From NCBI GenBank assembly GCA_964016885.1, contig OZ024745.1, positions 62,806,001-62,870,000 on the forward strand: 64,000 bases of DNA, given 5' to 3'. The notes under the pieces are model-generated. The model had not been told where the DNA came from and made no database searches. It was given only the letters and a program-made list of their open reading frames with translations. Below, piece by piece: positions 29,114 to 41,628 of this stretch. Numbering within the stretch: position 1 is the first letter of the stretch; each line of letters opens with the position of its first letter. Source of the DNA: Eledone cirrhosa (lineage: Eukaryota). Both the position numbers and the translations under genes were made by a program.

Positions 29114-29115
<2 letters not shown>
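28932..29115. mobile_element. Family D fold-back element centred on a stem II-like hairpin
   Basis: gaagttagacg-tttctggtagaat-cgtctaacttc; - strand ...cgtGAAActttgggTAatgg; 3' end related to 53211-53495 and 55892-56060. Confidence 0.75.
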
Positions 29116-29185
<70 letters not shown>

Positions 29186-29191
<6 letters not shown>

Positions 29192-29584
29192 ATACTTTGG
29201 GAGGGTCACGTTGCCAATAAGAAACACACGCACCAGTTGCTTTCACTTCAATTTATTATATATTTATAAATTTATAAATTTACAAATTTACAAACTTATA
29301 AATTTCTGGTTGGTTGGTTGGTTGGTTCCACAACCAGATAGTTGTTTATATATAGTCATAGTCCTTTCGTCACACACTCTGGCGTAGGATAGAAGAAAGG
29401 AAAGGCACAGAAACAAAGGAAAGGAATCCCCAGTCACTGAAGAGGTCACAGAGTGTGTGACGAAAGGACTATGACTATATATAAACAACTATCTGGTTGT
29501 GGAACCAACCAACCAACCAGAAATTTATAAGTTTGTAAATTTGTAAATTTATAAATTTATAAATATATAATAAATTGAAGTGAA
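29186..29584. mobile_element. Family B fold-back PLE-like element in (TA)n
   Basis: Left arm antisense and broken in stem II; right arm carries a complete hammerhead. Confidence 0.85.
29432..29476 (+). ncRNA. Minimal type I hammerhead ribozyme, family B
   Basis: aguca-CUGAAGA-g-gucaca gagug ugugac-GAAA-ggac-UA-ugacu. Confidence 0.8.
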
Positions 29585-29599
29585 TATATACATATCTCT

Positions 29600-31250
29600 A
29601 AGGCGGGTAAAATTCCCGAGATCCATGGACGAGTTCTCTCCAGCGGTCTCTGTCCCTCATTATCGCTGCCATGTCCTGCGTCTCCAACAGACCAGTGTCT
29701 GACCTTCGGGCATCAACATACGTTAACCTTTGTCTTCCTCACTCTAGTGTGTCCAAGTAGGGGCTCCCAAAGGAGTACTGAGTGCAATGTCAACTCTGGA
29801 TGTCGGTGAGCATGTCCAGCTAACCTCAGTCTCCTTTGTGTCACTTTTAAGCTGACTTTTGGGATGCTCCCATACGGCTCTGAGTTTTTCATCTTCAGTG
29901 TATAGTGATTAATGTTCAGAGCCATCCTCAGCATTCTCGTGTAGCACCCATCCACCATCTGAGTGAGTTTCTCGGTCAGTGTCCAAGTCTCAGACCCATA
30001 CAGCAGCATAGACTCCACTACAGCAATGAAGAGGCGGATTTTCAGGTCTCTACGAAGGTCCGACTTCCACACCGATCTCAAGCTGTGGCACGCCGCCCAG
30101 GCCTTGCTCTTCCTCTCAACCACATCATCTTCCGTATTCCCAATCTTTGCTCCCAAATACAAGAAGTCCTCAACCAATTCCAGTGGCTTCCCGCCTATAT
30201 TAGTGATCCCCTCTAGCTTCTCAACATTCTCTACCAGATATTTTGTTTTAGTCTCATTCATTCTCAGCCCCACACTCATCGACACAGTCTCAACCTCCCG
30301 CATCAAATCCTTTGCCTCCTTCACTGTATTTGTCACCAAAACTATGTCGTAGGCAAATTCAGCATCCGATACCTTTTTCGCCCTAACTCTCCAGTGCAAG
30401 GCGCATACAATAGTCCACTACGATGATAAAAAGGTAGGGAGCCAATGTATCTCCCTGGAGCATGCCAGCCAGTATCTCAAAGAACTCTGTCATCCCATCA
30501 GGTGTAATGACTTGGGCTTCGGTGTTGGTGTCGAGCAGTAATATCAGGTCCACTATCTTCTTGGGGATTCCATAAGCCTGTAAGATCTTCATCAGGCAGT
30601 AACGGTCCACAGATTCAAAGGGCTTCCTAAAGTCAATGAAAACCATGACCGCAGGAAGGCACTTTGCTCTAGCTCCCTCTAATATCCTCCTCAGCATCAG
30701 GATGTGACTGGTGGTTGATCTACCCTTTCTGAAGCCGTTCTGGTTGTCCCTGAGCTTCTTCTCCATCTCAGGCTGGATCCTGTTAAGAATCATCCTGTTG
30801 AGGTTCTTTGCCACAAGTGACGTCAGTGATGATCCCCGGTAGTTGTTGGTGTTATAGAGATCTCCCTTCTTTGGCACTGGGACGATGTTACTGATCCTCC
30901 ACTGATTCGGGGCAACTCCTTTCTCCAGTGCCCCGTTACAGAACCCCAGGATGATATCATCAAAATCACGCCTCTTCATCACCTCTGATGCCACTCCATC
31001 TTCTCCACGAGCTTTGCCCTCCTTGATCCACTTCTTGGCTCTCTGAAGCTCCTCTCTGGTGAAGGGCTCTGTCTCAACATCCAGTTCCTCAAACAGCCGC
31101 CTGATCTCCCCAGTGCTCTGGGCTGTGGAGGGTGGCTCTCCTAGTAGGGTCCTAAAATGGTCTAGCCATTTCCTCTTCCTATCCTCGGGCCCCGTTCCCT
31201 GGATCTGACTCGAACACCTTCTCTTCCTCCCTGTGATCTCATTGATCAAC
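29600..31250 (-). mobile_element. 5'-truncated RTE-X-like LINE (RT domain, frameshifted)
   Basis: ORFs 30383-31249 and 29713-30399: PVPKKGDL...NYRG, NQNGFRKGRST, FIDFRKPFESV, GMLQGDTLAPYLF, FAYDIVL, FLYLG, LLYGSETW. Confidence 0.93.
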
Positions 31251-31267
31251 GAGAACGAGATATATAC

Positions 31268-31296
<29 letters not shown>

Positions 31297-31298
<2 letters not shown>

Positions 31299-31509
31299 GA
31301 GGCGCGTAGCTAAGTGGTTAGAGAATTGGATTCACAATCGTGAGGTCGTGAGATCGATTCCCGAACGGGCGATGCGTCATGTCCTTGAGCAAGACACTTT
31401 ATTTCACGTCGTTCCTTCTACCTGGAGTTGCGAACGATAGATAGTATTAGCAATTGGAAAGACCAATGGAAACATTGTTTCCTCGGTCCGATTTGACGAA
31501 AGTCGATCG
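31297..31509 (+). mobile_element. tRNA-derived SINE family 2
   Basis: A box tagctaagtgg, B box gatcgattcc, body tgtccttgagcaagacact; homologous to 51550-51764. Confidence 0.85.
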
Positions 31510-33188
31510 ACTGTCGACATGCGCGCGCGTGCGTGTACATGTGCAGATGTGTGTATTGCACGTTAATTTCTTGAGCAGGTTCTTTATTTCTCCAAACAAA
31601 TATAACACTTCAGGACTGACAGAGTTCTGACAAACATACAAATAGCTTTATAAACAGCTGAGTGGGTCTTGTTTTAGTAATTATTTCGTTAGTTTTAACT
31701 ATGACAGAAATAATGTAAGGAACGTGTTGTTATTCTAATAATTTTGTAGAATATAGATTCAATCAGTTCCTCGCAATCATGTCATATGTAATGTAAATTC
31801 CAGCGACTTCCCTTCTACTCTTTGAAAATAGCAATGTCAATGAGTTTTTCAATGTAGTCCCAGAATTGTTCCCGTCCACTTGCTCGTCGAACTCCACATT
31901 GTATGTCGTTCGTGTTCTCGAAACGCATTCAAACATCCTGCATACAATTTATACCTGGAATTAAGTTCCCATATAATATTTTCGGTTCGTGATTCTTAAG
32001 CATAAGTGGTGTCTACTCAACTGCAATGAATACTGGAACATCAGGTTCAGCATCAAATGTTTATTTAGATTTCAACGATTGTCCACTCTATTAAATGTTA
32101 GTATCTCATACGAGTTACCGACTATTATATCCCTGATGAATTCTCATTTGGTTTTGGTTTTTGATGTTGCTGATTTGTAACAGTCGTCTGTCGAATTTCG
32201 TTGATGATGTCATATGTTTTTGGTGAGACACTGTCACGTTAAATGTTTCATAGCTAAATTGGCAATACTCGGTCATGATTATCCTGTTACTTGACATTTT
32301 AGACCCACTCCTATACTGGCTTCAAACAATCATGAGGAAAAATGTTAATAACATTAATTGCATCGCTATTCAATCTGCTATAAACCCTTTGTGAATTACA
32401 TGTAAACGTACGGGTAACAATCTAACGTTCTTATAATTTCCCAGGATGACAAAAGTATTTCATTTACTGCATGTTAGAGTTATATCAGTTTGCTTTTAAA
32501 TGTATTTTCCGGTCAGTTACAAGACAATATGTATTTTTCCTCTAAAATTCGTAGGTGATGATAATGAATTTATTAAACTCTTTGTATCTGATTGTAGAAG
32601 TCAATTTCGAACGGGTGGGACCCATTTGAGCTGCATATCATTTTAAAGGAATCTATGTGGCTCCAAGTTGATAAAGATTGGTCACATCTACACTATACTG
32701 TGGGACATTCGCCTCGAAAGCTGATAGCGTTGGTTTGCGGGTGGTTTAATCTACCAAACTGATCCATCTCGATAACATGAAATCCGTAGGTTTGCTATTA
32801 ATTCATATAATATTTTCAGCCTGTACATATTTGTTAAAGTAAATATGCTAATATTTTTATTATCATACTAATCAGACTACCTCATAGCGTGTGAAATGTC
32901 ACTGATTAATGTGTGCTTACAAGTGTTGTGCTCGTTCGTTTAGTGTTATCACCTGGTTTTCATTATTATTGTTCCGAAACTTGGTTCGATCGGCCGTTTT
33001 CATTTAATCAATCACCGAGAAGGAACATCCATTAGGCCGTTGGTACTTTTGTTTCCTGTGAATATTTTGTTGTTGATTTTATTGAGTAAGTTTTCACATT
33101 TGTTCTCTCTGATCCCACATTGTTTGAGGAATAGATATGCAGATAAGATGCAAATGATGAGGCATTTTGAACATTTTAAATTGCATAC

Positions 33189-33263
33189 ATTGCTTATAGC
33201 ATATAGGGAGATTCGCTTTAGCCAATTATTTAGAATCAAAATAGACCATGGCTCCACCACAAC
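33189..33263 (-). CDS. Candidate 75-nt exon
   Basis: ctgctatcttag| ... |gtatgc; phase 0 VVVEPWSILILNNWLKRISLYAISN. Confidence 0.22.
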
Positions 33264-33362
33264 CTAAGATAGCAGATTTCTTTACAGCTATGATATTCCT
33301 TCAGAATTTACCTCTGCGTATAAAAGTCAGAAAGGTCATATCATGTTTTTTTTCTTCTTAAG

Positions 33363-33503
33363 GGCCAACGTTGCAGTGATTTGTACTCCTTTGCCGGAAG
33401 AACGATCAGTTCGTGTATGCAAACGTGGCGGTATTGGACGCCATGTATCGTTGTGTATGATTGCATTTATGGTATTTATTTTTACATATATGCCTGTATG
33501 AAG
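33363..33503 (+). CDS. Candidate 141-nt plus-strand exon
   Basis: Strong acceptor ttttttttcttcttaag| and donor aag|gtaagt; one frame fully open (GQRCSDLYSFAGR...), another nearly so (ANVAVICTPLPEERSVRVCKRGGIGRH...). Confidence 0.35.
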
Positions 33504-33945
33504 GTAAGTGTTTATACAATATATTAATTGTTAACTGCCATCTTCACTTAACGTTAATTCAAGGTTACATTTCTTAGTGGAATATTGTGATAGTTTCATA
33601 ATCACAAGATAAGTATATCATTAATGATGCCGATGATCTGCACATTACTTTCCATTTCCATGTGAAAAATGAACATCTTCAGAAACTGTAACTCTTAAAT
33701 AATTCGTGTACATACATAATATCATTAATACACATATGTTCTATACTACTGACAACAAGGGTAGTTGAATCTGCTGCAGCATTAGCTAGCATATAATCGG
33801 CACAAGAAGATTATTAATCATGTTCCAGTCAGTAAGGTTTGTAGATGTTAAAATATATAGAGGAATAAAGGCAAGGACATAGATTTCGCGCACTCTTATG
33901 TTAATCTTATTATTAGAAGTAACCCGATCGTAAAGGGATGTAACT

Positions 33946-34092
33946 ATGCTTTCCAACATAGTTACGTCCCTTTACGATCTGAGTTCAAATCCCGCCGAGG
34001 TTGACTTTGCCTTTCATCCTTACGGGGTCGATAAAATAAAGTACCAGTAATGCACTGGGTAATTGCTGGCCTTGTGCCTAAAGTAGAAACAA
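33946..34092 (+). mobile_element. 5'-truncated SINE family 1
   Basis: TSD ttattagaagtaacccgat at about 33910 and 34093. Confidence 0.9.
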
Positions 34093-34364
34093 TTATTAGA
34101 AGTAACCCGATATTCCAACATACTTCAATCATATTTATATGCTATTCATGTTGAAAGCTGGTCCAGAAATAATCAATGCTATTATGAGCAAATATTCTTT
34201 TAAAGACTACACTAAAAATAGTTCACTATATTTACTGTCATCGTGAGGTAATTTAACCAAACATGTCATCAGATTTATAATACTTTAAAAAATTGTGATA
34301 TTTACAAAAAAAAAACAAAAAAAAAACACATACGATATTGCTATATTATTTTAGAAAGGTCAAG

Positions 34365-35425
34365 TTTGACGACATAGGGTGGCAACATGCCACTTTACCG
34401 GTCAGGTATGGCGGCCTAGGCCTCCGGTCCCCGATCTCACTAGCTTTGCCGGCGTATCTTTCGTCGGTAACCTCGTGCCGCGTGCTCGTCAGCAGGGTTC
34501 TTCCAAACACAACAGAACCCTCTGTGTTCAGAGAACGTGAGGCCGCCGGTGAGACGTGGGACCGGCTGGGACTTAGCCCAATAGACGTCCCTCCTCCTTC
34601 TCCCCCTGTTGACATCAAGTCCCCCCAACGCACTTGGGATGCCATCCAGTGCAGCCTGGCCACAGACAGGCTCACGCGCCAGCTCGTCCAGCGCCATCTT
34701 GCTTGTTTTCGTGCGGCCTCCAAACCCCACAATGTTGCCTGGCTCCATGCTCTGCCCTCCTTCTCCACTGGCACGCATCTAGACAACCATAGCCTGCGAA
34801 TCGGCGTTTCCGTGAGGCTCGGCCTGCGGATCTGCCAGCCACACCAATGTCGCTGCGGTTCCACCGTGGATTCTTTCGGCCTCCACCCGCTTTCCTGTCG
34901 CCACAGTGCCGCCCGCATTCCACGCCATGCTGCTTTCAAGGAGGTCATTAAGCATGGCTTGGACGCTGCAGGCTTCCCTTCCCAGCTCGAGCCGGTGGGG
35001 CTGCATCGAGGGGACGGCAAAAGGCCAGATGGTATGACCATCTTTCCGTTCCGCGGTGGCAAACCCCTCGTCTGGGATGCCACTTGCACCGATACTTTCT
35101 ACAGCCGCAACCTGGTGCAGTTTGCGACTGACCCAGGTTCTGCTGCATGTCGGCTGAGGGGACCAAACTCCTCAAATACCGGTCGCTCTCCGATAGGTTT
35201 GCGGTCGTTCCCCTGGCAGTGGAAACTTCTGATGTCCCCGGCCCCAGGGCTACCTCCTTACTCACCACCATAGGCGCTGAGCTGGTCAGCCGCATGTGTG
35301 AGCCCCGCGAGTTGGAGTGGCTTTTCCAGCGTGTCTCCCTTGCCGTCCTGCAGAGAAATGTCTTCTCCCTTCTGTCCGCCGTTAAATACCATTCTTTCAT
35401 CTCATACAACACAATAACGTTTTCT
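34365..35425 (+). mobile_element. 5'-truncated CRE-like non-LTR retrotransposon (RT thumb, CCHC knuckle, restriction-like endonuclease)
   Basis: LPVRYGGLGL; CRCGSTVDSFGLHPLSC; KRPDG...WDATC; after a frameshift KYRSL...VPLAVET; TSD ttttagaaaggtYaag at 34349-34364 and 35426-35441. Confidence 0.9.
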
Positions 35426-35509
35426 TTTTAGAAAGGTTAAGATATTATTATGGAAGTATTCAAATATAATGTCACAAGGAAGTTGAATAATATTATGCAT
35501 TGTACAAAA

Positions 35510-35696
35510 GGGCGGTGGAATGGCAGTATCAGTAGATGGTCGGACACCATGCTTTGCAGCAAAGAGTTACGGCCCTTTATGATCTGAGTTCAAATTCCGC
35601 CGAGGTTAACTTTGCCTTTCATCCTTACGAGGTCGATAAAATAAAGTACCAGTAATGAACTGGGTATTTGCTGGCCTTGTGCCAAAAGTAGAAACA
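35510..35696 (+). mobile_element. Full-length SINE family 1
   Basis: TSD attatgcattgtacaaa. Confidence 0.92.
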
Positions 35697-35769
35697 ATTA
35701 TGCATTGTACAAATATAACGTTGTTAACACTGTCACCGACAACTTTATGTTATGAATATATGCTTATAC

Positions 35770-35832
35770 CTTGACCGTGGTTATGTATCGAGTCATAATA
35801 TTTAATATCTTATAACGGGGAAAACAATTTGT
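35770..35832 (-). CDS. Candidate 63-nt exon
   Basis: ctctcgtcctag| ... aag|gtataa; only phase 0 is open: TNCFPRYKILNIMTRYITTVK. Confidence 0.25.
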
Positions 35833-36258
35833 CTAGGACGAGAGTTTCATTTTATAGCTATTGTCTTAGTCATTGAGTTCCTATGAAGTTATTTACATGG
35901 CAGCGCTGTGTATGCGATATTATGAACAAACAATAAACATCTTTATATTTACATCTCAAAAGGCTTTCATATAATCATTTACAGAGGCATAAATAATGCA
36001 AATAAGCAGATTATTAAGCCCTAATAACATTTAAAACACTGCAGCCATTTTGCATAATACTATATGTATAACACATCATTTCAATCCTACAAAATAAAGA
36101 TGTATCATTGATCTATCCAGGGTAATTAGAATTTTTCTGAATATATTTTCGAAGTAACTACGGTAAATTCCTATTGTACTATTGTAAATAACTTCATAGG
36201 AACTCAATGACTAAGACAATAGTTATAAAATGAAACTCTTGTCCTAGACAAATTGTTT
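35822..36258. repeat. 76-bp inverted repeat (35822-35897 / 36183-36258)
   Basis: Arms reverse-complementary with 2 mismatches; no TSD seen. Confidence 0.88.
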
Positions 36259-38802
36259 ATCAGCATTTTAATAGACATATATGGAGTAATGCCAAAACAG
36301 GTTCCAATATGGCAATTGAAACATTGGTGAATCCATACATTGAGCATCATTTTACTGAATATTATACCTCTGCCGCGATGAGTTGCATGGCACTTCTACA
36401 GTGATGTTTATCCAAACAGAAACAAAGAAATCTTTAAAATTACAATAACAGAAAGCATGATTAGATTCATGTAGAACGTATTCTAAAGTAAGTTGATATA
36501 ACATCCATATACAGCTATGTCATATTATATTTATAATGAATATATTTTAGAATTTAATGCTTCATTTATCCAAACAAGTTTGTATATAATTTACATATGA
36601 AGCAGTGAACATGAATATAAATATATGACAATGACTAAGTTAAAATAATATAGATATAATGTAACGGAAATTCAAGTAAAAAAATACTACAATAGCGAAG
36701 TAAGCCTTTAAAGACTTGTAAGAATGTTTGGATTATTCTGTACGTTATTGATTGTTTTCATTATATGTGTTCAGTATGCCTTCGATTTGGCTGTCAGCTT
36801 TGCCTAATCAACCGAATGAAAACACATATCAATCAAAACATGTTGCTCTTTATCGGACGATCTGGCATAAAACTAATTAAATCTAATTTTTCTGATCTCA
36901 AAAGAAACATCTTAAAGTGAAGGCTGCAATGACATTAAATATCTAATGACATAGCAGTTCATTACCCGTTAATTGTTTAATGCATCTTGAACATTACTCT
37001 TACACTCTAAAGCTATTCGGTATGTTTGCAATGCTTTTTTTTACGGGATAATTTTACTGCTTCTTTTGAAAATATCTCACTATAACGTTCACGTTTGAAA
37101 TATTACGATAGGTAAAATGAAAGTTAAAAAAAGATATCTGCTTTGTGGTCTCGAAGCCGAGGAGTGTATAATTTTGAAACCTGTTTTGAACGGAAAATTT
37201 ATGTTGTTACATATCACGCTTCGGTGGGCGATACAACAAAGAGGATATATTCTTAGAGTAAGAGAGCGTGATTTTAGATTAGTCTATAATTTGATCAGCT
37301 TACAATGTGTGTGAGCTGTTGGTCATTCTACAAAAACAATTCTAGGAGAGTAATAATTTCTTTTCAATAAATGTTATCAAGGCAAGTCAAACATCAGCCA
37401 TCTTCACACATCTTTGTAATTCGACATGTTTATTACATGGAGACCTTCAATTGAATTTTGTGTACGGTCAAATTTAAATAAAAAGTATCCAGAAGTTTTT
37501 CAAGACCGAGAAACGAGCAACTGTGACTGATCATATTCTGTAATATATTTTATAATTTCATATATCAGAAGGATAAGTGTATAAAATTAAATTCAGCTAA
37601 ACATTAATAATCTTAAGACCATAAACACGCGCAACAACATAGGTCATACTATCAGAAATGTTTAAAACAATACACAGGTCTTACAGGTGCCCTACATTTA
37701 TATTATTTCCTTTAATGTGGAGGAGGATATACAATAAAATATAAAGTCGTATGCTGCTACGCTGAACTCGAATAATACTACATGTACTGATTATATCAGC
37801 ATATCCCATCTAGAAGATAACGGAGAATATACATCTTCCTGAGAAATGTCTTGTTTGTACTAATGTAATAAGCCATTATTTTACTGTTAGTTGCCGAGCA
37901 ACTAACTCTGTTATCATATTATCCAAGGCGCAGTATGAACCGTTTGACGTTGAAATAATTAGTTATTTACCCAACCATTATATTATTTCTTACAACAAAC
38001 GTATTTTTCCTGATATTAAGAATATAGTTTTTGTATATTCTGATATGAAACATTTCTGAGATAACTAACTACAAGGAAATTCAATTAGATAAATGTAAAG
38101 CTAAATGTATTAAAACTAAATTTAAAAACACAATGTTGTTTTCACACTCTACGCTTATGTATATATGAATCAAGCATCCGATAAATGGATATTTCTATAT
38201 TTCCATATATAAACAGTCCACGATTTACAAACATACATATATGTATGCATATATATATGCATATATGTATGTTTACATACACCATACATGTGCTGTCACC
38301 ATATTTTTCATACATAGGTGTCTATGTCATAGTATATTTTATTAGAATTTACGTGTATACCTATGTACTGTGTTGTTTTCTTAAACAAGTATTGTTCAGA
38401 CGTTTAACTCAGAATATACACATATATACAATATAAGATGTATTAACACACGATTATAACCAAGTCCTTAATAAAATATATGCGTTCCGATCGCACCAAT
38501 GTATTTCATCCTTGGTTCTCTATTTTTACAAAACGTGCATAGGGAAATAGTGTATTTCAAAATATGTTATACGACAAAACAAATCTTTCCCCATATTAAA
38601 AGGCCAGGATATGATTTAAAAGGTTGTTAATTACAAGTTCTCAGAGGAGAAGACCAATATATTTGAGACAGTCATCTTTCGCAATGTTTTAACATACGGA
38701 TTACATATTATTAATATTTTCCATATGATTCCTTTTCTTATGTCAAAATAGGTTTGATTATATTTAACCTGACACCAAAAAAATAACTCACAACAAATAA
38801 AG

Positions 38803-38818
38803 AATTATAATCCACCTG

Positions 38819-38894
<76 letters not shown>

Positions 38895-38910
38895 CAGGTG
38901 GATTATAATT
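38803..38910. repeat. Palindrome: 19-bp unique arms around (TA)n
   Basis: aattataatccacctgctc-(AT)n-gagcaggtggattataatt. Confidence 0.9.
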
Positions 38911-39016
38911 ATATATATATATACACATAATATTATAAGCATATATATCTACATATATAAATATGGGCATCAACATATGCAAACACACTCAACTATACAC
39001 ACATATACCCCATACA

Positions 39017-39176
<160 letters not shown>

Positions 39177-39372
39177 GATAAATCTACCAAGAGTTTACGG
39201 TAGTGTCCGATCCGTATGAAGAACTCAATGTAATCCGGATATCATGGAAAGAAGAGATGCAATGAAAAATCACTTTCGGTGAAAGATAAACGGAATACAG
39301 AGTCAAGATAAAATATTAAAAAAATAATGAATAAAACAATGAAACAGTTCCTTATATTAAACAAAAAAAGTT

Positions 39373-39522
39373 CATTATTTAACGATCGTTTCTAGGATAT
39401 ATATGTGTTAGAATTGGCATGCATATTCAACAGATCTATGTACAAAATTATACAAAATTATACAAACTATCAAAATTAAATATACATATCAACACATATA
39501 TATGCCGTCTTCAGAAATAATG
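39373..39522 (-). ncRNA. Type I hammerhead ribozyme with a long stem II insertion
   Basis: cauuauuu-CUGAAGA-cggcauauauauguguu...aacacauauauauccua-GAAA-cgaucg-UU-aaauaaug; 8-bp stem I; palindromic stem III. Confidence 0.8.
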
Positions 39523-39792
39523 AAATATATTTATTGATAATAACAACAATTCAAAATTACAGGTCTGTTTGGGAACAGAGTTCAAATTGACCAATGAAAA
39601 CACAAAAAGTTTATACAGTTAGGTGTGTGTATATATGTAAGTAACTTCGTTCACAGATATGCATAAAAATATATGTTCACATGCATACGCATGCCGAAAA
39701 GATGTATGTAAATACAAAAATTCAAGGCTAATGTCTCTGTATGTTTATAATCTACAGATAAAATACGTATACGCATATAAACATATAAATAT

Positions 39793-39830
<38 letters not shown>

Positions 39831-39834
<4 letters not shown>

Positions 39835-40310
39835 TAAGTTATTCGGAGGTAACCACAGTAAGTAAGGTACTCAATTCATAGCAGAGTAAACAGTTTTAAT
39901 ATAGATAACTGGTTTATAGAATTCTCTTGGCCTTTGTCACCCTAAGTAGAGCTTTAAAGAATTAGCTTTTAAATAATTTCCCTTTTCTTTAAATCCATCA
40001 ACCATTACCGACCACCAACCATCTTATAGACACCTGAAATATAGGCATTGTTAGCTTAAGAGAAACTTAAAAATAAGGAGTGCCACCCCAATTTGAACTT
40101 GTTTATAGAATTCTTTCTGCCTTTGTCACTCTAAATATAAATTATAGCCTTAAAGAATTAGCTTTTAATGAATTCCCTTTTGTTTCAACCAATGACCCCC
40201 CCCCCCCCTCTTACCACCTGAAAAGACATAAATACCACAACATTTATTTTGGAAATCCAGATTCCTGATGATTTCTAAAGAATGAAACAGTTCTAGTCCT
40301 GTAGAATCTC
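39831..40310. mobile_element. Family F PLE-like element: inverted 3' end, a diverged direct repeat pair (~130 bp), then a hammerhead
   Basis: gttttaatatagat is shared with 28185; repeats start at about 39912 and 40101; TA on both sides. Confidence 0.65.
40259..40309 (+). ncRNA. Type I hammerhead ribozyme, family F, canonical three-stem form
   Basis: agauuc-CUGAUGA-uuuc uaaa gaau-GAAA-cag uucuaguc cug-UA-gaaucu. Confidence 0.88.
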
Positions 40311-40322
40311 ATATATATATAT

Positions 40323-40461
40323 AACGAAGGAAATGTGGTAAGGAACCAGGTGGACCATAACGCACCAAAGTACTCAATACTTGAGGTAGTAGAGTGGGTA
40401 ATAGGAACCAGTAAGACCCCGACAGCTGAGCTCAAGCCGTTTCGACGGCTAATTCTGGACT
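40323..40461 (-). mobile_element. Family A element truncated at the stem II apex
   Basis: Ends ...gacggctaattctggact|catata. Confidence 0.85.
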
Positions 40462-40606
40462 CATATATATATACGCACAAGCCTCTGTATGTGTATGAGC
40501 TGCGTATTTGCAATGTATTTTGTCGATTATTGTTATTTAGTTAACTATCACATTATACGTGACTTCAAGAAGTGTATATTCTTGGGAGACTTGATAATTC
40601 TCATAC

Positions 40607-40660
40607 CTTACATACAGTACTGCGAACTCGAATATCTCTTGGCAAATGATCATACATTGC
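40607..40660 (-). CDS. Candidate 54-nt exon
   Basis: ctcttttccgtag| ... aag|gtatga; AMYDHLPRDIRVRSTVCK in phase 0; the phase-2 frame is also open. Confidence 0.35.
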
Positions 40661-41557
40661 CTACGGAAAAGAGTTGTCTCGAATGTTTGCAATTGCCTGT
40701 TTTGATCAGCGTTGCATTGTAGAATTGATGATAGGAAACGAACTACTAAACTCCCGGCTTTTCGACTAGTATCCTAACAGCCAGTCGTCGTTTCATTTTT
40801 GTCTTAAAGTTTTGTCTTCCGCTGCATGAAAAGAAATCAATATTGTTCAACCTCCTGCCAAATCATTTCGCTTCAGATGTACTAAATATTTTCACCGCTC
40901 ATATATAGTTAAATATTGATATTCATTCGTATGCATTCGTGCATTAACTTACTATTAGTAAAACATACAATTCATGCGAACGCATAGGTAAATACATATG
41001 CGTAGGTGTGCTTGTAGGATTCTGTACCAGGAATTACAGAGCGTTGTTTTGCTCATTGATGCAGGTTGGCAACAGCACAAAGAAGATTATATAGGACGTA
41101 GAAAATGATAAATGGAGGAGAAAATGTTATAGGTTAACATGAATTTTAATGAAAAAAAAAAAACTTTTTAAAAGAAAATACTAAAGAGAAATAGTATAAT
41201 GAATTTCTGTTCAGTTTTCCAGAAATATTTTAACTATGTATTTTCAAAATAGAGAATCTCTTATGAATTTGCAATATGTTTTGTGTGTTTAAAAGTGATG
41301 CGGCAACGAGTCGAAAACGTCTATAATGAGCAACTGCAAAAATAAATGAAGAAAAGAATAGTATAACAAAGGAAATGAATGTGAGCATAACAGTATGCGA
41401 GGTCAACTGATTTCACTCAACTCAAACACACGTTCACATGCAAACATACACGAAAAGAAAGTGTGTGAGTCAAATATAGGGACGTAGATACTTACACGAA
41501 GATAATAGACAAATATAGACAAGGCTATATAAACGCCAAGCACACACGCACGCACAA

Positions 41558-41589
<32 letters not shown>

Positions 41590-41628
41590 TAAGGCATATA
41601 TATACATATTAAGGCATATATATACAGT

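Noticed and set aside
31297-31375. tRNA gene
   Set aside because: Has A and B boxes but no clean cloverleaf and continues into a SINE body shared with 51550.
32610-32695. hAT-like MITE terminus
   Set aside because: No partner TIR or 8-bp TSD found.
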